Below, piece by piece: positions 31,243 through 38,667 of a stretch of DNA of 64,000 nt (positions within the stretch are counted from its first letter, which is position 1; the number at the start of each line of letters is the position of its first letter). This DNA comes from Deltaproteobacteria bacterium (lineage in GTDB: Bacteria > Desulfobacterota > Deferrimicrobia > Deferrimicrobiales > Deferrimicrobiaceae), in assembly GCA_016234845.1 (NCBI GenBank), contig JACRNP010000090.1:3434-67433 (forward strand), read 5' to 3'. The notes under the pieces are model-generated. The model was not told the origin of the DNA and searched no databases. It worked only from the letters and a program-made list of their open reading frames with translations. A program made the position numbers and the translations under genes.

Positions 31243-31285
31243 GGTTCCGTTTACTCCTTGGGGACCTGTATCTCGCTAGAATGTA

Positions 31286-32161
31286 TCATATTTTCATCGC
31301 TCTCCTCGCCAACGCCAGGAACCACCCGCCGGGAATCCGCCTCCCGGTCCAAAGGGTGAAGCTTCGGGCCGCCTGGTGCGCCAGCATCGGCAGTCCGTCG
31401 ACCGTCGGAACACCGCGGGCGCGGAGCCGCCGCACGAGGGCGGTCCCGCCCGTGCGGTAAACTATATCGGCAAAGCGGGACGATTTCTCTACCCCTTTTA
31501 TCGGGAAATTTTCCCACTCTTCCCGCAGCCCCAGGGAGGTGCACTGGACGATGAGATCCGCGCCGCGGAACGCCCCGGCGAGGGTCGTCGTCGCCAGGTC
31601 CCCCGTGGAGAAAACGACGGACGGCAGCCGGGGCGACAGCGCCCGGGCGACCTCCTCCGCGCGACGGGGAGTCCGGTTGAGGAGAAGGATCCGGCGCGCC
31701 CCCGCCTTTCCCAGCGCGAAGGCGATCCCTCTCGCGGCGCCGCCCGCCCCCAACAGCACGACCCCGGGAAAACGCCTCCCCCACCCGCGTCCCTCCAGGG
31801 CGTCGACGAACCCGTCGCCGTCGGTGTTTTCCGCGTGGATCCTCCCGCCTCGCGCGACCAGCACGTTGGCAGCGCCGCACGCGATCACCGCGTCGGACCG
31901 GGTGTCGGAGAGCGCGGCGGCCTCCTCCTTGTACGGAATGGTGACGTTCCCGCCGAGGAAGTTCGCCTCCCGGACGAGGCGAAGAAAATCCGGAAGGCGG
32001 CCCGGGGGAAGGTCGACGGGGAAGTAGAACAGCGGAAGGCCGAGCCGCGCGGCGATCCCGTTGTGCATCGCGGGGCTCAGCGAATGGGAAACCGGGTGAC
32101 CGACGACGAACAGGAGGGAGGGTCCCGTCTTCCCCCGCGCTCCGGGAGGGGGGGGGCTCAA
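31286..32161 (-). CDS. aroE: Shikimate dehydrogenase (start codon uncertain)
   Basis: GHPVSHSLSPAMHN, NVTIPYK, NTDGDGF, GAGGAA, GLPMLAHQA; putative TTG start overlapping the HNH stop. Confidence 0.9.
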   Translation of the reverse strand: MSPPPPGARGKTGPSLLFVVGHPVSHSLSPAMHNGIAARLGLPLFYFPVDLPPGRLPDFLRLVREANFLGGNVTIPYKEEAAALSDTRSDAVIACGAANVLVARGGRIHAENTDGDGFVDALEGRGWGRRFPGVVLLGAGGAARGIAFALGKAGARRILLLNRTPRRAEEVARALSPRLPSVVFSTGDLATTTLAGAFRGADLIVQCTSLGLREEWENFPIKGVEKSSRFADIVYRTGGTALVRRLRARGVPTVDGLPMLAHQAARSFTLWTGRRIPGGWFLALARRAMKI

Positions 32162-32754
32162 TCCTGGAGCTCGAGGTTCCAATACGTGAAGTCGACGACG
32201 TTCAGGAACGGAACCCACTCCTTGTGGATCGGAGGCCGGAGGGAGAAGGCGTACTCCGGCGACCACCGGGGAGCGCCGGGCGCGGAGACCAGGCGCATAC
32301 CGACCTGCTCGGGGCGGTTTCCCCCCTTGCGCTTGTTGCACGGGACGCAGCTGCAGACGATGTTCTCCCAGCTGGTCTTGCCGCCCTGGGACCTCGGGAC
32401 CACGTGGTCGAGGTTGAGGTCGCTGACGGAGAACGAGCGGCCGCAATACTGGCAGACGCTGCGGTCCCGGACGAAGATGTTCCTGCGGCTGAACCGGACG
32501 TTCCTGCGGGGAACCCGGTCGTACGCGACCAGGACCAGGACCCGCGGGATGCGGACGGCGCTGCCCACCAGTCCGACCGCCTCTTCCCCCGTCGCGGTAG
32601 ACAATGCGCTCCAGGAGGGATAGTCGAACGTCTCGTACTGGTCGTTGATCGCCCGGGCGAGACCCGAATAGAGCAGGCAGAACGCCCTCCGGACGCTCGT
32701 CACGTGGACCGGGAAAAACGCCCGGTTGAGGACGAGGACGCTGGAGTTCAGCAT
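32158..32754 (-). CDS. HNH endonuclease (McrA/COG1403-type)
   Basis: VLVLN, RDRSVCQYCG, DHVVPRSQGG, CSCVPCNKRKG. Confidence 0.9.
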   Translation of the reverse strand: MLNSSVLVLNRAFFPVHVTSVRRAFCLLYSGLARAINDQYETFDYPSWSALSTATGEEAVGLVGSAVRIPRVLVLVAYDRVPRRNVRFSRRNIFVRDRSVCQYCGRSFSVSDLNLDHVVPRSQGGKTSWENIVCSCVPCNKRKGGNRPEQVGMRLVSAPGAPRWSPEYAFSLRPPIHKEWVPFLNVVDFTYWNLELQD

Positions 32755-32809
32755 CGGGGGGCTTCGCCGCACATGGTGGCTCCTACTGTACCGACCGCGC
32801 GAAAGACGG

Positions 32810-34213
32810 TCAATCGTTCTTCTCCGCGGCGAGGATGGCCGCCGCAAGCGCGGGCACCTCGTCGTCCCGGACGGTCCGCAGGTCCAGGAGCAGCTGCCCG
32901 CCGCCCACCCGCGCGACCACCGGCGGGTCTCCGCCGAGGAGCCGCCGGAACAGCTTCCCCTCGGGGATGCCCGGGTGGGAGACCGCCACGCACGTGGTCG
33001 GGACGAACACGTCCGGAAGCGCTCCGCCCCCGGGAGAGGTCCCGCCCGGCGCGAGGGAGAGGGTGAGCGCGGAACCGCCCGCGCGGCGGACGCGGCGGAC
33101 GAGTCGGACCGCGCGCGCGCGCACCCGGGCGGGAGGCTCGAGGAGCATTCGGAGCACGGGTATCCCCGACACCGCCCTCCGGTCGTCGGCGTACAGGCGA
33201 AGAACCGCCGCCAGCGCCGCGAGGCGCAACTTGTCGATGCGCAGCGCGCGGGAGAGGGGGTGCCGCTTGAGCGGAGCGACGAGATCCTCGCTCCCGAGGA
33301 TGATCCCCGCCTGGGGCCCGCCGAGAAGCTTGTCCCCGCTCGCCGTGACGATCCCGGGGCCCGCGGAGAGGGCCTGCCGCAGCGAAAACGCCCCCGGGAT
33401 GCCGAGCGCGGCCAGGTCCAGCAGCGCCCCGGCCCCCTGGTCCTCCAGGACGGGGATCCCGGCCCTCGCGCCGATCGACGCGAGGTCGGCGGCGGATACC
33501 TCCTCCGTGAATCCGGTGACCGCAAAGTTCGACCGGTGGACCTTCAGCAGCAGGGCCGTCTGCCCGGTGATCGCGTTCTCGTAATCCCGGGCGCGGGTCC
33601 GGTTGGTCGTCCCGACCTCCACCATGCGCGCGCCGCTCTCCGCCATGATCTCGGGGACGCGGAACGAGCCGCCGATCTCGACCAGCTCGCCGCGGCTTAC
33701 GATCACCTCGCGTCCCCGCGCGATGCCCGACAGGCACAGGAGGACGGCGGCGGCGTTGTTGTTCACCACGTGGGCGCACTCCGCGCCGGTGAGGGCGCGG
33801 ATCATCCCCTCCACGTGGGAGAGGCGCGAGGAGCGCTCCCCCGCGTCCAGGTCGTACTCCAGGTTGGTGTATCCGCGGGACGTTTCGAGGACGGCGTCGA
33901 GCGCTTCCTTCGGAAGCGGCGCCCGGCCGAGGTTGGTGTGAACGACAACCCCGGCCGCGTTGATCACCCTGCGCATCGAGAGGGATTCACCGGCCGCGAT
34001 CTCCGCCGGGAGCCGGGCGAGGATCCGCTCGACCCACATATCCCGGGATGGGGCCTCACCGGAGCCGGCCGAGGAGCGGAGTTCGCCGAGGACCCTTCGG
34101 AGGGAGTCGACCACCACGGCGCGGGGGTGGACCCGGAGGAGGGCGCGGACCGGGTCGCGTCCCAGAAGCGACGCGATCGACGGAAGGTTCCGCAGTCCCT
34201 GGTCGTCCGGCAT
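32810..34213 (-). CDS. selA: L-seryl-tRNA(Sec) selenium transferase
   Basis: HTNLGRAPL, VNNNAAAV, SRGELVEIGGSFR, SGDKLLGGPQAG, RALRIDK. Confidence 0.96.
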   Translation of the reverse strand: MPDDQGLRNLPSIASLLGRDPVRALLRVHPRAVVVDSLRRVLGELRSSAGSGEAPSRDMWVERILARLPAEIAAGESLSMRRVINAAGVVVHTNLGRAPLPKEALDAVLETSRGYTNLEYDLDAGERSSRLSHVEGMIRALTGAECAHVVNNNAAAVLLCLSGIARGREVIVSRGELVEIGGSFRVPEIMAESGARMVEVGTTNRTRARDYENAITGQTALLLKVHRSNFAVTGFTEEVSAADLASIGARAGIPVLEDQGAGALLDLAALGIPGAFSLRQALSAGPGIVTASGDKLLGGPQAGIILGSEDLVAPLKRHPLSRALRIDKLRLAALAAVLRLYADDRRAVSGIPVLRMLLEPPARVRARAVRLVRRVRRAGGSALTLSLAPGGTSPGGGALPDVFVPTTCVAVSHPGIPEGKLFRRLLGGDPPVVARVGGGQLLLDLRTVRDDEVPALAAAILAAEKND

Positions 34214-34226
34214 GAGGACGCGAAGG

Positions 34227-34892
34227 TCAGCCCTTCGCCAGCTCCCGGAGAAGGATCGTCTTGCCGTAGAGGGCGTTCTTCTGGACGAGCTCCTCCGCGA
34301 GGGATGCATCCCGCTTGCGGAACGCCTCGATGATCTCCTGGTGCTGCCGGATCGACCCCTCGATCCTGCCCGGCATGGCGAGGATCAGGCGGAACCGCTG
34401 GAACTGCATCACCATGTTCTGGACGATCGCGTGGAGCTTGTCGTTCCCGCAGGCCCGCAGGAAGATGTCGTGGAACTCGTTGTGGAGATCGAGCACGCGC
34501 CGCAGGTCCTTCTTCGCGGAAGCCGCCTCGAGCTGCCGGTTCACGGTCGCCATCTTCGTCAGGTCGTTCTCCGTCAGCGTCTTCGCCGCCAGCTTCGCCG
34601 CGTACCCCTCGAGCACCATCTTCAGGTCGTAGAAGTTGGAAACGTCCTGGGCGGAGAGGGAGGCGACGATCGCCCCCTTTCGCGGGATGACCGAGATGAA
34701 CCCTTCCGACTCGAGCTGCCGGAACGCCTCCCGGATCGGGGTGCGGCTGATGCCGAACTTGTCCGCGAGCTCCGGCTCGGCGATGCGGGCCCCCGGCCTG
34801 AGCTGCCCGTTGACGATGGCGCCCCGGATCGAGGAGACGATCCGCTCGCGAAGGGTCATGTGGTTGTCGATTCGGATTTTGAGCTTTTGCAA
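34227..34892 (-). CDS. GntR family regulator with FCD domain
   Basis: LADKFGISRTPIREAFRQL; C-terminal FCD with HNEFH and H..II. Confidence 0.93.
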   Translation of the reverse strand: MQKLKIRIDNHMTLRERIVSSIRGAIVNGQLRPGARIAEPELADKFGISRTPIREAFRQLESEGFISVIPRKGAIVASLSAQDVSNFYDLKMVLEGYAAKLAAKTLTENDLTKMATVNRQLEAASAKKDLRRVLDLHNEFHDIFLRACGNDKLHAIVQNMVMQFQRFRLILAMPGRIEGSIRQHQEIIEAFRKRDASLAEELVQKNALYGKTILLRELAKG

Positions 34893-34931
34893 TGGGATAC
34901 CCCTGCGGACCGGAAAATGAACGCCGTTCTA

Positions 34932-34959
34932 TGTATACAGTATACAAATCGAATGTCAA
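34932..34959 (-). promoter_or_regulatory. gntR promoter with a GntR-like operator
   Basis: TGTATACA palindrome plus a repeated TATACA (34932-34946) next to minus-strand TTGACA (34959-34954). Confidence 0.6.
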
Positions 34960-35098
34960 GTACCTAATTTCCGGGCGTATTCCGGCCCGGAGGCGCGCCG
35001 CCCCCCGCGGATTTCCCGGTGGAACCTCCGCCTTGCCCGACGCCGCGGGATGCGGTACGGTCTACCGTCCAGACCATTCCCCCGCCGGAGGCGCCGCG

Positions 35099-35887
35099 AT
35101 GAACCGGGTCGTCCACTCCACCGTCCCCTACCCCATGCTCTCGGAGGAAGGGACGCTCGCCGCCCTGGTCGAGGCGGGCGTCGGTCCCGAGATCTACTTC
35201 TCCGGGGCGACCCTCGACCGGCTGACCCCCGGCGAAGCCGAGCGGTCCGCGGAGGCGCTCCGCGCCGCCGGGATCCGCACCCTTTCCTTCCACGCCCCGT
35301 TCCGCGACGTGTGGCCGGGGGCCCAGGACGAGGAAGCCCGCCGGCTCTCCGTGCGGCGCATGCGCCAGGCGATCGCGCTGGCCCCCGTCTACCGGCCCGA
35401 GGGGATCGTCGTGCACGGAGGGTATTTCGGCTGGCTGTTCGACTTCCACGCCGAGGAGTGGCTCGCATCCGCCGCGCGTTCGTTCGGCGAGCTCGCGGAG
35501 GCGGCGGAGAAGGCCGGGACGGAGCTGTTCGTGGAAAACGTCTTCGACGAGATCCCCGACCACCTCCTGCGCCTCCGGGAGGCGGTGGGTTCCCCGCGCC
35601 TCCACTTCTGCTTCGACCCCGGACACGCGAATCTCTTCTCCAGGCTGCCCGTGCACCAGTGGGCGAAGGCGTTCGGGAAGGAGATCCGGCTGATGCACGT
35701 CCACGACAACCGGGGCCGCCGGGACGACCACCTCCCCGTGGGAGAGGGAACGATCAATTTCCGCGGGGTGCTGCTGGCGGTGGGCGATGCGGGAGCCCGT
35801 CCGATCCTCACCCTCGAACCGCACCGGAAGGAGCATTTCCCGCGGGGAGTGGCGGGACTCCGGGAGATCCTTTCGACCCTCCCCTGA
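35099..35887 (+). CDS. Sugar phosphate isomerase/epimerase (AP endonuclease 2 TIM barrel) family protein
   Basis: HAPF, VVHGG, VENV, FDPGHA, HVHDN..DDHLPVGEG, TLE. Confidence 0.88.
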   Translation: MNRVVHSTVPYPMLSEEGTLAALVEAGVGPEIYFSGATLDRLTPGEAERSAEALRAAGIRTLSFHAPFRDVWPGAQDEEARRLSVRRMRQAIALAPVYRPEGIVVHGGYFGWLFDFHAEEWLASAARSFGELAEAAEKAGTELFVENVFDEIPDHLLRLREAVGSPRLHFCFDPGHANLFSRLPVHQWAKAFGKEIRLMHVHDNRGRRDDHLPVGEGTINFRGVLLAVGDAGARPILTLEPHRKEHFPRGVAGLREILSTLP

Positions 35888-35891
35888 GCCG

Positions 35892-36248
35892 TCAGGCGCC
35901 GGACAGGTATTCGAGCGCCTCCTTCTCCGTGTCGAACGAGCGGACGTATTTCGAGAGGCCGGTCACCTGGAACAGGTCCCGGTTGATCCGGCTCACCTCG
36001 CAGAACGCCATCCGCCCATCCCCCTCCATCACCTTCTCGACGATCCCGATGATGAACGAGATGCCGATGCTGTTGACCAGGCGGGTCTCCCCGAAATGGA
36101 GGAGGAGGCGCCGCCCTCCCCCGCCGATCCGGGAGCGCACGACCCTCTCCACCTCTTCCCCGAGCAGGCTGTTCAGATACCCGCCCACGTACACCACCAT
36201 GGTTTCCCCGTCCATCCGGGTGCGGATCTTCGCGTGCGGCGACATCAT
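35892..36248 (-). CDS. STAS domain anti-sigma-factor antagonist
   Basis: VGGYLN...LLLHFGETRLVNSIGISFI...LFQVTGLSKY..FDTEKEAL, SpoIIAA/RsbV pattern with Ser in NSIG. Confidence 0.9.
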   Translation of the reverse strand: MMSPHAKIRTRMDGETMVVYVGGYLNSLLGEEVERVVRSRIGGGGRRLLLHFGETRLVNSIGISFIIGIVEKVMEGDGRMAFCEVSRINRDLFQVTGLSKYVRSFDTEKEALEYLSGA

Positions 36249-38572
36249 CCCTCGCCGGGGGCCGCAGGCCCCCCGTCTCCCCGGGCGGGGCTCCCCGTCT
36301 CCCCGGGACCTCCGTCCAGATACTTGACCATCCGGACGACCGTGCCGTCCGGCCCCGTGGCGATCTCCACGTCGTCCACCAGCTCCCGGATCAACCGCAA
36401 TCCCCACCCGCGGTTCTTCTTCGACTCCTCCGGCGTCTTCCCCCCCCGGAACCCCTTCCCGTCGTCCTGGACGAACAGCTCGATCTTCTCCGGGGAGAGC
36501 AGGTAGCGCAGGCGGACCTTTCCCGTCGCGGAGGCGCTGTGCTCGAACGCGTTGATGCACGCCTCGATGATCGCCATCTTGATCCGGTCGACCGTGTCCG
36601 GGTCGACGGACGCGAACGCGGCGACCTCCTCGGCGACCCGTGCCGCGACCACCTCGGAATCGGCCTTCATCGGCAGGACCAGTTCGTACTCCAGCGTCCG
36701 GTCGGCGCGGGGCGCGGCCGGGCCGGACGGCTTCGCGCCCTCCGGCTCCCGCTCCATCTCCTCGAGCCCGAACAGGTTGAGGAAGAGCCGAAGCTGCGTC
36801 GGGTGCGACAGGTGCACTCCGTACCGGGAGGCGAGGTCCACCGCCGCGGGGTCCGCCGCCTCGTGAAGCACCATCCACTTCCGGAGCCGGTCGGCGGGCA
36901 GCCCTTTCTCCAGCGCTAGGAGACGGCAACGGTTCTCGAAGTGCTCCACGGAACGCGCCGCCAACGTCTTTTCCGGAACCACGTCGACCGCCCAGATGAC
37001 CAGGTTCTCTTCCGAAAATTCCTCCTCGAGGAAGCCGTACGCCACCAGGTCGAAGTCGAATCGCGGCCCTCCGCGGACGGCCCGGTAGCCGGTGGACACG
37101 GAGGACACCTTCGGAAGGCGGATCTTCACCGGCTCCCGCTCCATCCCGATCACGACCTCGAGGAGCCCCTTCCCGCCGAACTTCTCCCGGAACCGCCCGT
37201 ACTCGAGCAGGAGAAGCGGCACTTCCCGCAGGTCCCACTTCCGCATCATCTCCTTCACCGCGGCGACGCGGCGCGCGTGTTCCGCGCCCTGCCCCGCCTC
37301 GGGGGAGGCGTGGGACAGCCGCGCCTGCACGATGGAGGCGGCGACCTGCGATCCGCCCTTTCCGAGCACCCCGCGTTCGAACGCCCAGAACAGGAAGTCG
37401 GACAGGACCGGGTCGCCGGTGAAGGTCAGCTGCTCGAGGTCGGACTTCATCAGCCCCTTGAATTCGAGCGCCGCGAGAACCGCCTCCCCCTCCTCCTGGG
37501 ATGTCCCCATCAGCGACAGCGCCCCCTCCACGGTGTCCAGCGGGAACCGGTCGCACAGGACGCGCTTCAGGAACCGGATCGCGCGCCCCCGCCGGCCGCG
37601 TTCCGGGAACGTGTTCTCGAAGAACTCCCTCCAGTACCGGTTCAGCTTCCCCTCCGTGACGGAGAGCGCGTAGAGATTCTCGAGGGAGATCGTGTCCTCC
37701 ACCTTCACGTTCCGGAAGAAGATCTCCTCGACCAGCATCCGCTGGTACACCGGGATCCCCCCGAGGCGCTCGGAGGCGCGCGGCAGGAGCGACGGCGCCA
37801 TGACGATCCGGCGGCGGTCGCAGAGCCGCTCCCAGAGCCGCACGGACGGCTCCCTGGAGAGCCCCCCGATCTCGAGCATCTGGAAGGTCCCGAAGAGACC
37901 CTCCCGCTTGAGGGACGCTGTGACCCTCCCCGGGGAGGAGCCGGAGAGGAACATGGGGTAGTGCCCCGACTTGATGAAGGGGCGGAGGATGGAAAGCATC
38001 GTCCCGTCGGGGATCCCCTGCATTTTCCCCGTATACTGGAAGTCGTCGAAGAGGAAGACCGGATAGAAGACCTCCCCCGCCGCCGCGAACGGGAACGACA
38101 TGGCGTTCACGAGCGCCGACAGCCCGTCGCCGGACGAGGTGTACCGGGAGTGCGCGGACAGGGTATCCCTGCAGCCGCCGAAACCGTGGGCGGCCAGGCG
38201 GTCGCACATCGCTTCCGGGTCGAACACCGGCGGCTGCGGGTCCCCGAGGAACCGGAGGAGCTGCCAGAGGAACTCCTGCAGGAAGTGCTGGGACAGCGCC
38301 AGTGGATGGGAGAGGATCTGGCTGAAGGAGAAGTAGAAGGGGAACGGCCTCGGCGGCTCGCCGTCCACCGGTCCCGACCGGAGCCCCTGCGCCACCTTGA
38401 GCAGCAGCGACGTCTTTCCGATGTTGGGAGGGCCGTAGATCATGAAGGAGGAACCGATGCCGCGCCCCCCCTCGGCCGCCGCCCGCGTCAGGGCGGCCAT
38501 CTCCTCCTCCCGGCCGAAGAAATCCTCTTCACGGAAGGACGCCTCCGCCCCCATGGTGCCGAAAAGACGCAA
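36245..38572 (-). CDS. STAND/archaeal-type P-loop ATPase fused to a C-terminal RsbW/SpoIIAB-type anti-sigma Ser kinase (HATPase_c); start may be ATG 38554
   Basis: FFGREEE, Walker A GPPNIGKT, Walker B FLFDDFQ, LSGS, GGIP; C-terminal EACINAFEH (N box), DDGKGF (G1), RGWGL (G2), GTVVRMVK. Confidence 0.85.
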   Translation of the reverse strand: MRLFGTMGAEASFREEDFFGREEEMAALTRAAAEGGRGIGSSFMIYGPPNIGKTSLLLKVAQGLRSGPVDGEPPRPFPFYFSFSQILSHPLALSQHFLQEFLWQLLRFLGDPQPPVFDPEAMCDRLAAHGFGGCRDTLSAHSRYTSSGDGLSALVNAMSFPFAAAGEVFYPVFLFDDFQYTGKMQGIPDGTMLSILRPFIKSGHYPMFLSGSSPGRVTASLKREGLFGTFQMLEIGGLSREPSVRLWERLCDRRRIVMAPSLLPRASERLGGIPVYQRMLVEEIFFRNVKVEDTISLENLYALSVTEGKLNRYWREFFENTFPERGRRGRAIRFLKRVLCDRFPLDTVEGALSLMGTSQEEGEAVLAALEFKGLMKSDLEQLTFTGDPVLSDFLFWAFERGVLGKGGSQVAASIVQARLSHASPEAGQGAEHARRVAAVKEMMRKWDLREVPLLLLEYGRFREKFGGKGLLEVVIGMEREPVKIRLPKVSSVSTGYRAVRGGPRFDFDLVAYGFLEEEFSEENLVIWAVDVVPEKTLAARSVEHFENRCRLLALEKGLPADRLRKWMVLHEAADPAAVDLASRYGVHLSHPTQLRLFLNLFGLEEMEREPEGAKPSGPAAPRADRTLEYELVLPMKADSEVVAARVAEEVAAFASVDPDTVDRIKMAIIEACINAFEHSASATGKVRLRYLLSPEKIELFVQDDGKGFRGGKTPEESKKNRGWGLRLIRELVDDVEIATGPDGTVVRMVKYLDGGPGETGSPARGDGGPAAPGEG

Positions 38573-38667
38573 TTCCCCTGTACCCCCGAACCGGTGGTCC
38601 CGGCGCCTCGGGATAATGTAGCGTGAAACCGTTGCGTTTACAAAAATTTCATGGGATTTTCGAGCCC

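Noticed and set aside
32158..32754. HNH protein as an IscB/Cas9-like RNA-guided nuclease
   Set aside because: Only 198 aa, no RuvC motifs, and no flanking non-coding space for a guide RNA or array
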